Positions 7,359 through 17,389 of a DNA stretch of 64,000 nt are shown in pieces (the first letter of the stretch is position 1; each line of letters begins with the position of its first letter). The position numbers were made by a program, and so were the translations under genes. Where the stretch lies: the IMG/VR virus record IMGVR_UViG_3300032132_000748; one strand, given 5' to 3'. Source of the DNA: a virus (Duplodnaviria; Caudoviricetes). The notes under the pieces were generated by a model. It saw only the letters and a program-made list of their open reading frames with translations. It was not told where the DNA came from and ran no database searches.

Positions 7359-8105
7359 ATGTTCTCATTCTCTCTCAGAGGCTTGTTGGCCTCATGCGCT
7401 CTAGTTGCCGTAGTCATTACGTCCCCCACCATAGCACAGGACGCGGAAACGCCACCCCCGCCGCCACAATCGGTCTGGGAGCGTAATCCACAGCAACCCC
7501 CAAACCGCAACATCCTGTTCCTGATTGACTCATCAGGGTCTATGAATGGCCGCAAGGTGAACGATGCCATAGCTTTTGCGATGCAGATCGCGGAAGCTCC
7601 TGTGGATGAGTTCAATATCGCCCTAGTGACATTCGGAACCCGAGTCACTAGATGGGCCGGAACAGAAGACGTGAATCCCCAAAACAACACCCCGGTCGGA
7701 CATCGTGGATGGTCAGCAATGCCTTCTGCGGATAATCTTGCCGCTGCGCGTGAGTGGATCAGCAATAATCTGGATGGGGGCAGCACCTACGTTGTGCCAG
7801 GCATCCAGCACGCTGTTAGATCAAACAGCAATGTTGTAGATCCGACCCTTCAAGGGGCGAACCTACCAGCGATCTCTCTTTCTGAGCTTACTATCTTCAT
7901 CATCACTGATGGAGATTTTACAGAGCCGCTACTTGCTACGGTTGTCAATACAATAACTGAGATGCAAGCTTTGCGAGAACAGAACGATCTGCCGCCGGTA
8001 GTCTTTGGTCTGATTGGTGTTAACGTTAGTGTGAAAACTAATCTTGAAATGCGTCAACTTTCCGAGCCCTTCATTCTAGGTTACCTACGATTGTCTTACC
8101 GATAA
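7359..8105 (+). CDS. secreted von Willebrand factor A domain protein
   Basis: Signal peptide; MIDAS motif DSSGSM, GGST, IITDG. Confidence 0.85.
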   Translation: MFSFSLRGLLASCALVAVVITSPTIAQDAETPPPPPQSVWERNPQQPPNRNILFLIDSSGSMNGRKVNDAIAFAMQIAEAPVDEFNIALVTFGTRVTRWAGTEDVNPQNNTPVGHRGWSAMPSADNLAAAREWISNNLDGGSTYVVPGIQHAVRSNSNVVDPTLQGANLPAISLSELTIFIITDGDFTEPLLATVVNTITEMQALREQNDLPPVVFGLIGVNVSVKTNLEMRQLSEPFILGYLRLSYR

Positions 8106-8123
8106 TTTATGTTATTCTGCCTT

Positions 8124-8531
8124 ATGGCTAAGAAAAACTTTCTAACTAATTGTGACTGCTATCCTTGCACTCTACGTAGCTGCCATCTATGCCTAGCGAT
8201 TGATAAACATTCTAACTATCTACCGGGTCGGCAAATATCCCGCTGTCAAGATTGTGGGGAAGAGTATTGTGACGCCTGCTTCCATAGGGAAGCTCACGAT
8301 CTATGTAAACCACCACCTTACGATAAGCCCTATGGACTCTTCTCCTTACAGTCTTTAATGTGGAACATTGATCGTGAAGACGATACAGTCTGTTTATCAG
8401 CAGAAAAATATCTTAAGCGAGCAATAGAATTAGCAAATTCGATAAAAGCCGCGCAAGGCGACCAGCTTGATATTCTCTTAAAAGAATTTACAGATGAGTT
8501 CATCTTACCCCCGTTATATCCCAAAAAATGA
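8124..8531 (+). CDS. Cys-rich hypothetical protein
   Basis: Several CxxC pairs. Confidence 0.6.
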   Translation: MAKKNFLTNCDCYPCTLRSCHLCLAIDKHSNYLPGRQISRCQDCGEEYCDACFHREAHDLCKPPPYDKPYGLFSLQSLMWNIDREDDTVCLSAEKYLKRAIELANSIKAAQGDQLDILLKEFTDEFILPPLYPKK

Positions 8532-8821
8532 TCTAATTTGCCGTGTAGGGCTAAAAACTAATCGCTTAGGCCACCCGAGATGAAAAGCCAGCCCCAGTAT
8601 CAGAACAGATCCTAGTAAGGCCATAAAAAAGTTAACGATGATATTCATACAAATCTCCTACCGACCATAGTAGCAAGTAGGGTGCCAAACACATAAGTCT
8701 TTATAAATGGACATATTCGTCAGGAACTTGACGCTTGTGTCAGTTCAATATTTGACTACTATGGAGAATCCGAACTCTTGAAAACTAGGTAAAGTCAGTT
8801 ACACTATTCAAGAGCGTCCTT

Positions 8822-9553
8822 ATGAAAATCAAAAAAGCCGTAATTTTAGCGGGTGGAAATGGTACCCGCCTTAGACCTTTAACGAAAATCATCAACAAAG
8901 CTTTGCTTCCTATAGGAAACGAGCCGATGATTTATCATCCAATCAAAAAGCTTGTCGAAGCTGGTATCGATGAAATTCTAATTGTAACAGGAGGAGAAAA
9001 TCCTGATGGTTTCCTTACTCTCTGTCGGGATGGCAGCCATTTAGGGGTAAAAAACCTCTCCTACAAGTATCAATCGGGAGCAAACGGCATTGCTGATGCT
9101 CTGAAACTCGCCAAATGGTTTGTTGGCGATGATAACTTTGCTGTCTTGCTTGGAGATAACATCTTTACAGACTCTCTAATAGGTCACGTAGAATCATATA
9201 CGGAAAAAGAGGGTGCAAAGGTTTTACTCACTAAGGTAAAAGATCCTCGCCGTTTTGGTTGCCCAGAGTTTGCAGACGACGGTAAAATTACGAAAATAAT
9301 TGAAAAGCCGCAAGACCCTCCTAGCCCTTATGCTGTGGTGGGGATTTATTTTTATCCAGCATCAATCTTTACAGAAGTCATACCTAACCTCAAGCCCTCC
9401 GCACGCGGAGAATATGAGATTACAGACGTTAACAACTGGTATTTAGAGCGAGGGCTATTGCAGCACTCGGTTTTAGACGGCGGCTGGAGTGACGCAGGAA
9501 CCTGGCCTTCATGGAATGAAGCCAACGCATTAATTGCAAAAACCAAAACTTGA
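8822..9553 (+). CDS. rmlA: glucose-1-phosphate thymidylyltransferase-family NTP transferase
   Basis: ILAGGNGTRLRPLT, LGDNIF, EKP, SARGEYEITD motifs. Confidence 0.9.
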   Translation: MKIKKAVILAGGNGTRLRPLTKIINKALLPIGNEPMIYHPIKKLVEAGIDEILIVTGGENPDGFLTLCRDGSHLGVKNLSYKYQSGANGIADALKLAKWFVGDDNFAVLLGDNIFTDSLIGHVESYTEKEGAKVLLTKVKDPRRFGCPEFADDGKITKIIEKPQDPPSPYAVVGIYFYPASIFTEVIPNLKPSARGEYEITDVNNWYLERGLLQHSVLDGGWSDAGTWPSWNEANALIAKTKT

Positions 9554-9582
9554 AAACCAAACTAAGGGCTTAGTTTAAGCAC

Positions 9583-10167
9583 ATGAAAATTAAGAAAACT
9601 GAATTTCCTGGATTAGTAGAAATAATACCTAATCAACATGCGGATAGTCGCGGCTTCTTTTTTGAAGCATATAACCAGGGATTGTTTTATGAGAACTACC
9701 TCCCAACTAAATTTGTTCAGGATAACGAATCCTACTCAAATGAAGGGGTTCTTCGAGGTCTGCATTTTCAAAAACCTCCTTTTGCGCAAGGTAAGCTAGT
9801 AAGGGTTATCTTAGGTAGGGTCTTGGACGTAGTTGTTGATCTTAGAAAAGGATCACCTACTTATCTCAAATCCTACTCTACGGTCTTAGACAGCAACCAA
9901 AAGAAAATGCTTTATGTTCCTGAAGGCTTTGCTCACGGATTTTTAGCCCTCTCCGATGTTGTCTTTCATTACAAATGCACAGGTTTTTACCACAAAGAAG
10001 CTGAGTGTGGCATTAAATGGGATGATCCTGAGCTAGATATAGATTGGTATGGAGACTGCCATAAACACGTTTCTGAAAAAGATCAGCAACTACTTTCTCT
10101 TGGTGATGCTGTCGAGCAAATTGAAGCTTCTGCAGATTCCAATGGTCAGTTTATTTTCTCTCAATAA
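9583..10167 (+). CDS. rmlC: dTDP-4-dehydrorhamnose 3,5-epimerase
   Basis: DSRGFF, QDNES, GVLRGLHFQ, PEGFAHGF motifs. Confidence 0.95.
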   Translation: MKIKKTEFPGLVEIIPNQHADSRGFFFEAYNQGLFYENYLPTKFVQDNESYSNEGVLRGLHFQKPPFAQGKLVRVILGRVLDVVVDLRKGSPTYLKSYSTVLDSNQKKMLYVPEGFAHGFLALSDVVFHYKCTGFYHKEAECGIKWDDPELDIDWYGDCHKHVSEKDQQLLSLGDAVEQIEASADSNGQFIFSQ

Positions 10168-10181
10168 TATATAATGGGTGC

Positions 10182-10904
10182 ATGGATAAGTTTATAATAT
10201 TCGCCCACGCCCGTAGCGGCAGCACTTCGTTGGCTAGAGCACTTAAGTTTCATCCAGAAGTTTCCATCATAGAAGAACCTTTCAGTCGAAGCAGAGATAC
10301 TTGGTCGGGAAAGCATATCAAGTATAGAGATGGGCTCAATACAGATGTGTCAAGCTTAGATTTGCAACTTTCAAGAATATTTACGGAATGTAATAGCTTT
10401 AAACATCTTCAAGGACAGCTACCGGAGGAGTTCAACAAACGGCTTTTGCTTAAAGGGCATAACATAGTTTTTTTGTATAGAGAAAATTTGCTACAAGCAG
10501 CCGTCTCTAGAGAAATAAGTATTCAAAGTAACCATTGGGGGTCCGATAGGAATAAAGTTCTTAACCATACTTATGATGCTATTGATATTCCTCGAATGGA
10601 AACCTTTATAGAATTTGTATCTAGGCGAACAAAGCTATATAAAAGCTTCTTGGAGGAAAATGATATTTCATATATTAGTATTTCCTATGAAAAATTATTT
10701 GGGTCTGCTATAGAAAATAGACTTAAGGTCTTCCAAGAAATAGAGGCTTTCCTAGCCATATCAGATAGGCACAAACAAAGAAATATTAAAAAAATCCTAA
10801 GCCCTGCGGCAAAACTCAATAGGGGAGATACTTACAGCAAAATCCCTAACATCGCAGAGGTGGTAGCACAATTTAAAGATTATGGAGATTTAAATGTTAG
10901 ATAA
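10182..10904 (+). CDS. sulfotransferase (Stf0-like)
   Basis: PAPS loop ARSGSTSL, EPF, R.N.L..AVS, YE. Confidence 0.75.
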   Translation: MDKFIIFAHARSGSTSLARALKFHPEVSIIEEPFSRSRDTWSGKHIKYRDGLNTDVSSLDLQLSRIFTECNSFKHLQGQLPEEFNKRLLLKGHNIVFLYRENLLQAAVSREISIQSNHWGSDRNKVLNHTYDAIDIPRMETFIEFVSRRTKLYKSFLEENDISYISISYEKLFGSAIENRLKVFQEIEAFLAISDRHKQRNIKKILSPAAKLNRGDTYSKIPNIAEVVAQFKDYGDLNVR

Positions 10905-11532
10905 ATTAAAAGAAGATTTTCCCTACCCTGATACAAAACCTAATCTCCCCCAAGATCCGCATGGATGGCTTTCACCTCATGTTGAATCTATGTTTAAACC
11001 TCTTATAAAGAACGCAAAACTTATTATAGAGGTAGGTTCATGGCTTGGATTATCTGCTAGGTTTTGGCTAGAAAATTCTGACGCTCATGTAATATGTATT
11101 GACACCTGGGAAGGCTCCCCCGAGCATCACACCATAGAGGAGGCCAAAAATAAACTTCCGACTCTTTATGAGACGTTCATAGTAAATCAATGGGAGTGGC
11201 GGGATAGAGTAACTCCTATAAAAATGTGGAGTACCGAGGCACTTAAGCTGCTATCAAATTATGAACTAAAGCCTGATTTTGTCTATATTGACGCCAATCA
11301 CGAATTCAATGACGTATATCTGGATATTGTTTCAGCGAGATCTGCTTTTCCAGATGCTCTTATTGGAGGGGATGATTGGAACTTCAAAAACCCTTTGCCT
11401 GAGAGAAATCTGGAAAAAACAGTTAAAAAAGCTGTTAAAGTCTACAGTTCAAACTTCAAAGAAAAGATTATAGCCAATCATTGGGCCTGGAGACTTACTG
11501 GAAAAACCCTGCCGGACTCTCTGGAAAACTAA
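10894..11532 (+). CDS. class I SAM-dependent methyltransferase (Methyltransf_24-like)
   Basis: IEVGSWLGLS, IDTW, YIDANH, GGDD. Confidence 0.85.
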   Translation: MLDKLKEDFPYPDTKPNLPQDPHGWLSPHVESMFKPLIKNAKLIIEVGSWLGLSARFWLENSDAHVICIDTWEGSPEHHTIEEAKNKLPTLYETFIVNQWEWRDRVTPIKMWSTEALKLLSNYELKPDFVYIDANHEFNDVYLDIVSARSAFPDALIGGDDWNFKNPLPERNLEKTVKKAVKVYSSNFKEKIIANHWAWRLTGKTLPDSLEN

Positions 11533-12271
11533 ATCTTTCACTTTTTCTTCCTGACCAATTAATTCGACAGGGTCCGTGAGGCATATGTAGCACAGTGAAT
11601 TCATCTGAAAGTTTCACCTTTTGATCTTTTGACCATCTTCTGTTGAAAGTTCCGTCAACACATTCATGTAATACATCCAAAGAAGCTTTCCAGTCGATCT
11701 GTTTCTCGTCTGCCTTATCTATCCATGCCGTCGGTGTATCCATTTCGCTGTAAAGAGTTTTACTGCTCTTTATAACTTCAGATTTTATATTGAATAACTG
11801 AAAATACCCGAAGGGTCCTGACCATCGATCTGGGCTTCCTTCGGGATTTAATCCTTCCCACGCTTTAATTGTGGTTTTGTCTTTTAGATACTCGGCAAAC
11901 TGCTGCTCTGTTCTCGGTTGCTTTCTGGTTACCCAATAAAGCTTTTCTTCATCAAGACTCTGCGCCTCCAGTATCTCCCTGAAATTATCAGGAAGAATGA
12001 TGTCTGCGTCTAGATGTAGCACCCATCCCTCAGGTTCTAGGGCTTTTAATCCGTCATTAATTGCTCGACCTTTAGCTCCGTTGGCTTCAAATTTGTCCTC
12101 ATTGGCTCTTATGACACAAATTGCGTCGTTTTTAAGAACAATATCTGACGTGGCTTTGTCTTCAGCATCTGTAACTACAACAAATCTATCAAAGTGCTTA
12201 ACGTTTTCCGGTAAACTGAACTTTAAGTAATCATCGTAATTAACACATGTTAGTATTGCATCTATTTTCAT
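11495..12271 (-). CDS. GT-A fold glycosyltransferase
   Basis: KGRAINDGL...WVLHLDADI (DxD), GYFQLF. Confidence 0.8.
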   Translation of the reverse strand: MKIDAILTCVNYDDYLKFSLPENVKHFDRFVVVTDAEDKATSDIVLKNDAICVIRANEDKFEANGAKGRAINDGLKALEPEGWVLHLDADIILPDNFREILEAQSLDEEKLYWVTRKQPRTEQQFAEYLKDKTTIKAWEGLNPEGSPDRWSGPFGYFQLFNIKSEVIKSSKTLYSEMDTPTAWIDKADEKQIDWKASLDVLHECVDGTFNRRWSKDQKVKLSDEFTVLHMPHGPCRINWSGRKSERFSFPESPAGFFQ

Positions 12272-12970
12272 TTAGACCTTTCTAAAATATCCATGAGGAG
12301 CCCAGCCAGAATAGAGCATAGACACTTTTTCGGGCTTATCTTTAAAATATTCGTCACAAGCTTGTTTTACGCCAGGAAACTGATCAAGTTGCTCTAAGTA
12401 TCTTGGTTCCGCCTTCTGCTTAAAGGTATTCTTAGCAAGATTATTCGTATTCTCTTTGTGTTCTTCTCCGCAATAATCATCAATAATAACTAAAGCCCCT
12501 GGAGAAAGTCGTGGATATACTTCTTCTAGGCTCTCCTTTATGCTGGTATAAAAATCTCCATCTAAATGAGCAAAAGAGATAGTATCGGGAAGCTGCGTTT
12601 TAAGTGTATCTGAAAACCAACCTTCATGAATTTTAGGTAGTTTTGCTCTATACTTCTCAAAATTGCGAGTTAAAATGCCCACATTACTATTACAAGCCCC
12701 CTTAGACGCCGAAGTGTTGCCGTCTTTACTGTGTTTTTCGGGGAGCCCCTGAAAGCCATCATAAACGTGTAACTGTTTCTTAGAGTTGAATGACTCTAGA
12801 GTTTTCTGTATTAAAACAGCGCCCAGCCCATGACAGCAGCCCAGCTCAACGACATCTCCCGGTATTTCAAGAAGCAGAACTTGAACTAGAGAATGATAAA
12901 TATTCATTCCTTGTTCTAAGCTCAACATGCCGCTGTCTTTGAGAATTTCAGATATGAACAGATTGTGCAT
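12272..12970 (-). CDS. TylF/MycF-family sugar O-methyltransferase
   Basis: GDVVELG, YDGFQGLP, GWFSDTL, HLDGDFY, IDDY. Confidence 0.9.
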   Translation of the reverse strand: MHNLFISEILKDSGMLSLEQGMNIYHSLVQVLLLEIPGDVVELGCCHGLGAVLIQKTLESFNSKKQLHVYDGFQGLPEKHSKDGNTSASKGACNSNVGILTRNFEKYRAKLPKIHEGWFSDTLKTQLPDTISFAHLDGDFYTSIKESLEEVYPRLSPGALVIIDDYCGEEHKENTNNLAKNTFKQKAEPRYLEQLDQFPGVKQACDEYFKDKPEKVSMLYSGWAPHGYFRKV

Positions 12971-13011
12971 ACTAAAGTTTACAACTAAAAGAAATGTCTA
13001 CAAGATGTGAA

Positions 13012-13383
13012 CTATTTTTCTACTTTAGTTATTCTACTATTCCATCTTCTTGCCGCTTCCTGTAATACTTTACTTTCATGGAAACAGGCGAAAAGCAATT
13101 CGTCACCTAAGTAACAAGTAATTTCATCGCCATAGCGAGCTTCTACCCATTCTGTCTCATCTAAGGGGTTTATGCTGTGATATAGATCATAGTATGATCC
13201 AGAATCCATAAATCCCCCTAGAAAAATATGGTCTCCTATGGTGTTATGGATATACCGAGGTTTTGAGTTAAGTTCTGAATGCCACTTTGAATTGTAGTTC
13301 CTACATTTAGGATTTGAGCAGACAAGGTAGAATAATAGGCGTGCGGGGGAATCACATCCTGTCTGTGGGCAATATGTGTGCAT
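13012..13383 (-). CDS. zinc-ribbon hypothetical protein
   Basis: CPQTGC...VCSNPKCRNY; -10 box 5 nt before ATG. Confidence 0.65.
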   Translation of the reverse strand: MHTYCPQTGCDSPARLLFYLVCSNPKCRNYNSKWHSELNSKPRYIHNTIGDHIFLGGFMDSGSYYDLYHSINPLDETEWVEARYGDEITCYLGDELLFACFHESKVLQEAARRWNSRITKVEK

Positions 13384-13485
13384 ACTTGATTATACCATAT
13401 AAGAGGTTAGCTCACCTTCGAGCTTGCATCTTTAAAAGATCGGGCTAAAATGACAGGCCAACCCCATGAGGCGGTATAAATAAAT

Positions 13486-14703
13486 ATGAGTATATCGAAA
13501 ATTAAGGGTAAAAAAGTTGATGTTAGAATCTGGGCTCCACTACACGAAGTGGAATCATCAGCACTAACTCAACTTAGAAACGTTGCTTCCCTTCCTTGGT
13601 GCTTTCACCACGTAGCTGCAATGCCTGATGTGCATTATGGTAAGGGAGCCACTGTAGGTAGTGTTATTGCACTCAAGAATGCTGTTTCTCCAGCCGCTGT
13701 CGGAGTTGATATTGGCTGTGGAATGATGGCAGTTAAAACCAATCTCTCTGCTGAAGATCTACCAGATAGTTTAAAAACTTTGAGACATTCCATAGAGCGA
13801 GGTATTCCTGTCGGCTTTAATAGGCATAAAGAACCCGTTAAAGGTGTTGATAGGCTTAATCTCTGGGGCCGATTTAAACATTTAGATAAAAAAGTAAAAA
13901 GCTTACGTGATACGGCTTTAGTACAATGCGGTACTTTGGGTGGTGGAAATCATTTTATAGAGCTTTGCTTGGATGAAGCGGGAACTGTGTGGTTAATGCT
14001 ACACTCCGGCTCTCGTCGCATCGGTATGCAACTTGCTGAAATACATATTAAGATAGCTAAAAAGTTAGCACATAATGCTAACCTGCCTGACCCAGATCTT
14101 GCGGTGTTCTTAGCAGGAACTCCTGCAATGAATGACTATAGAAGGGATCTATACTGGGCACAGGAATACGCTCTCGAAAATAGAAAAACGATGATGCGTA
14201 TCTATAAAGAACAAATGCTACGGGCTTTCCCTCATATCAAATTTGATAAGCCTATTCAGTGCCACCATAACTATGTTTCAGAAGAAGTTCACTATGGGGA
14301 GCAAGTTTTTGTTACCAGAAAAGGCGCAATTAAAGCCGGTAATGGAGATTTAGGGATTATCCCTGGATCAATGGGCGCTTCTTCTTATATTGTGAGAGGA
14401 CTAGGCAACCCTGAATCCTTCGAGAGTGCGTCTCACGGGGCTGGGCGACGCATGAGTCGTGGAGAAGCCAAGAGAACCTTTACGGTAGATGACCTTAAAG
14501 AGCAAACTAAGGGTGTCGAATGTCGTAAAGATCGATCTGTTGTAGACGAAATCCCTTCAGCCTACAAAGATATTGATCAGGTAATGGAAAATCAAAAAGA
14601 CTTAGTTGAGGTTGTTGCTAAGCTCAAACAGGTTATGTGTATTAAAGGTGGTGGCCCCGCTCGCAATAAAAAGCGCAGAGGTAGTCGCAATAGGAAAGAT
14701 TAA
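13486..14703 (+). CDS. rtcB: RtcB RNA 3'-phosphate/5'-OH ligase
   Basis: MPDVH, VGVDIGCG, GGGNHF, HSGSR, HHN, PGSMG, SHGAGR, DEIP.AYK. Confidence 0.97.
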   Translation: MSISKIKGKKVDVRIWAPLHEVESSALTQLRNVASLPWCFHHVAAMPDVHYGKGATVGSVIALKNAVSPAAVGVDIGCGMMAVKTNLSAEDLPDSLKTLRHSIERGIPVGFNRHKEPVKGVDRLNLWGRFKHLDKKVKSLRDTALVQCGTLGGGNHFIELCLDEAGTVWLMLHSGSRRIGMQLAEIHIKIAKKLAHNANLPDPDLAVFLAGTPAMNDYRRDLYWAQEYALENRKTMMRIYKEQMLRAFPHIKFDKPIQCHHNYVSEEVHYGEQVFVTRKGAIKAGNGDLGIIPGSMGASSYIVRGLGNPESFESASHGAGRRMSRGEAKRTFTVDDLKEQTKGVECRKDRSVVDEIPSAYKDIDQVMENQKDLVEVVAKLKQVMCIKGGGPARNKKRRGSRNRKD

Positions 14704-14939
14704 TGACAGAATGTAGTTCATGCGGCACTCCAGGTGCCGTTGTTCTCTTGTCTTCAGTAATATGTCCAAACAGTCGTTGCAGATTTTATGATAAGGATCT
14801 AGCAAACGAAATCGCTAAGAAAAAAGTAACAGAATATGACAAACACATGGCTAAAGCTCTTGCGAAGAAAATAAAAAAGAGTCGTAGACCGGCTCGTCGG
14901 TATAAAAAGAATAAAATTCTTCCTTATATGCCTTGGTAA
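14703..14939 (+). CDS. small zinc-ribbon basic protein
   Basis: CSSC...ICPNSRCRFY; coupled to rtcB by TAATG overlap. Confidence 0.65.
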   Translation: MTECSSCGTPGAVVLLSSVICPNSRCRFYDKDLANEIAKKKVTEYDKHMAKALAKKIKKSRRPARRYKKNKILPYMPW

Positions 14940-15052
14940 AAATATCCTCTTCTAGTATCTCTATATTATTTTAGGTAATATAGAATTTGTGAAACTACCT
15001 AATCTTGACAATATTAAGATTAGTGAGATACTTAATATAAAGAGGAATTATA

Positions 15053-15364
15053 ATGAAACTAGTTACTGACAAAACCTTTGAAAAAGATGTGATTAAATCA
15101 GAGGCTCCGGTCCTGGTAGATTTTTATACAACCTGGTGTGGTCCTTGTAAATTGCAAGCCCCCGTGTTGGAAGGACTTTCAGTTGAGATGGAGGAAATGA
15201 CTTTTGCAAAATTGGATGCTGAGAGCAGCACCGTTGCAGAAAAGTTTAACGTTCGCTCTGTTCCAACTTTAATTATTTTTGTGGATGGAAAAGAAGTTGC
15301 GCGTAAAGAGAAATTTATGCCCAAACCCTCTCTTGAAACATGGATCGCTGAAACCCTAAAATAG
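15053..15364 (+). CDS. trxA: thioredoxin
   Basis: WCGPC active site, VRSVPTL. Confidence 0.95.
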   Translation: MKLVTDKTFEKDVIKSEAPVLVDFYTTWCGPCKLQAPVLEGLSVEMEEMTFAKLDAESSTVAEKFNVRSVPTLIIFVDGKEVARKEKFMPKPSLETWIAETLK

Positions 15365-15380
15365 TAAATCGTAGGTTCTA

Positions 15381-16784
15381 ATGACCCCACTCCATACTCG
15401 GTATGCCAGTAAAGAAATGCTGGGCATATTTGATAGGGAATCTATCGCCAAAAATTGGCGTCAAGTTTGGATAGCATTAGCGGAAGCCCAGAGAGATCTG
15501 GGTTGTCCTATTTCTGAAAAGCAAATTGATCAGCTTAAGGCTACTGCCGAGACTATCGATTTCAATCGAATAGCAGAAATAGAACGAGATACTCGTCATG
15601 ATGTCGTCGCAAATATTAAAGCCTGGGCAGAAATAGCTCCCGACGCTGCCTCTATTATCCATCTTGGGGCCACCAGCGCCTTTGTAACAGATAATGCTGA
15701 ACGAATTGGGCAGCAGAAAGCTTTGTTTTTAGTCAAAGCTAGACTAGAAGAGCTAATATCAGAGCTATCCTCATCAGCAGAGAAATATGCAGAGGTCGTC
15801 ACACTAGGCTATACGCATTTTCAGCCCGCCCAACCTACGACAGCCGGAAAAAGAATTTGTCTTTGGATTCAGGACCTTCTGTTGGATCTCAAAAAGATAA
15901 ATCTAGCTCTAGAGGACTTTCCTTGTCGCGGAGCAAAAGGTACAACAGGAACGGCGGCTTCCTACTATGAAATTTTTAAATCTCATGCCAAAACAATACA
16001 GCTAGATACTCTTGTCGCCCAAAAATTAGGGTTTAAGCGTAGTGTTTCTCTGAGCGGGCAAACGATCAGTAGAAAGCTAGAAGCGGAGTTAGGGGATTTA
16101 CTTGCAGGGATAGCAATAAGTCTTTCAAAATTCGGTAGAGATATACGATTATTATCTCATACCGGGGAGATGTATGAAGGTTTCGGGGATAAGCAGGTGG
16201 GATCATCAGCTATGCCTTACAAAAGAAATCCGATGAAAGCCGAGCGTTTGTGCAGCTTGAGCCGTCTAGTAGTCCACCACCGCAACGCAATGGCTGAAAC
16301 TGCTATGACGCAGTGGTTAGAGCGTTCTCTTGATGATAGTGCTATAAGACGGGTAGTTATCCCGGAAAGTTTTATGGCAATTGACGGTGCCTTACGAGTC
16401 GCTGTTAGTCTCGCTAAGTGTTTGGAAGTAAATGAAAAGGTCTGCAAATCCAAAGTAAACGGTCTCCTACCTTTTCTTTGTGTTGAAAAGATAATCATAG
16501 CAGCAGCCGAACAAGGGCATAATCGACAAGCTATTCACGAAAAACTTCGTGAATACGCGGTAGAAGCCAACAAATCTGATGCAGATCCTGGCTCAAGCTT
16601 CTACATTCTTCTTGATCTGGACCCAATTCTATGCGAATTTACTCCCATTATAGACGGTGCTGAGAAAAATCATCTAATGCTGACCGGAACAGCACTTCAT
16701 CAAATCGTAAACTTTCTTACGAAAGAAGTTAGACCTGCGCTAGAGCATGTAAATATTTCTGCGGTTGATGAATTAGAAGTATGA
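15381..16784 (+). CDS. purB: adenylosuccinate lyase
   Basis: RHDV, HLGATS, TLGYTHFQPAQPTT, GSSAMPYKRNP signature. Confidence 0.95.
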   Translation: MTPLHTRYASKEMLGIFDRESIAKNWRQVWIALAEAQRDLGCPISEKQIDQLKATAETIDFNRIAEIERDTRHDVVANIKAWAEIAPDAASIIHLGATSAFVTDNAERIGQQKALFLVKARLEELISELSSSAEKYAEVVTLGYTHFQPAQPTTAGKRICLWIQDLLLDLKKINLALEDFPCRGAKGTTGTAASYYEIFKSHAKTIQLDTLVAQKLGFKRSVSLSGQTISRKLEAELGDLLAGIAISLSKFGRDIRLLSHTGEMYEGFGDKQVGSSAMPYKRNPMKAERLCSLSRLVVHHRNAMAETAMTQWLERSLDDSAIRRVVIPESFMAIDGALRVAVSLAKCLEVNEKVCKSKVNGLLPFLCVEKIIIAAAEQGHNRQAIHEKLREYAVEANKSDADPGSSFYILLDLDPILCEFTPIIDGAEKNHLMLTGTALHQIVNFLTKEVRPALEHVNISAVDELEV

Positions 16785-17389
16785 CTCGGCACATTAAACA
16801 CGTCGAACTCATTAATGACGAAGATGGTAGTAGAGTTGATTACTACCCTAACTGGTTATCCTTTAAAGAGAGTCTTAAGCTTTTTGAACAACTTAAAGAT
16901 CTACCTTTCGAACAAAAAGCTGTAGTAATACCTACAGGAAAAGTATTTCAACCTCGTTTAACTAGTTGGCACGGTGACCCAGGGAAGAGTTATACATATT
17001 CTGGGTTGACAGTAACTCCTAATGATTGGACTCCCGAGCTTACCCATCTAAAAGATGAACTTACGGAGTTTCTCGGTTTTCCGTTTAATAGTGTTCTAGC
17101 CAACTACTATCGTGATGGAAGTGATTCCATAGGTAAGCATTCAGATAATGAGGTTGGTTTAGGGCCTACCGAAGATAATAAAGTAATAGCTTCTGTTTCT
17201 TTTGGAGAACTCAGAGAGCTTATTCTTAAAAGTCGTAAGGGCGGGGTAGTTCATCGAGTAGAGCTTCAATGTGGGAGTCTCTTAGTAATGTCAGGAACCA
17301 CACAACGTCATTGGACGCACGAAATATCTAAAACAAAGAGACAAGTTTCTGGAAGAATCAATCTCACGTATCGGGTTATTAATGGATGA
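16781..17389 (+). CDS. AlkB-family 2OG-Fe(II) dioxygenase
   Basis: NYYRDG.DS...HSD, H, RINLTYR. Confidence 0.92.
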   Translation: MTRHIKHVELINDEDGSRVDYYPNWLSFKESLKLFEQLKDLPFEQKAVVIPTGKVFQPRLTSWHGDPGKSYTYSGLTVTPNDWTPELTHLKDELTEFLGFPFNSVLANYYRDGSDSIGKHSDNEVGLGPTEDNKVIASVSFGELRELILKSRKGGVVHRVELQCGSLLVMSGTTQRHWTHEISKTKRQVSGRINLTYRVING

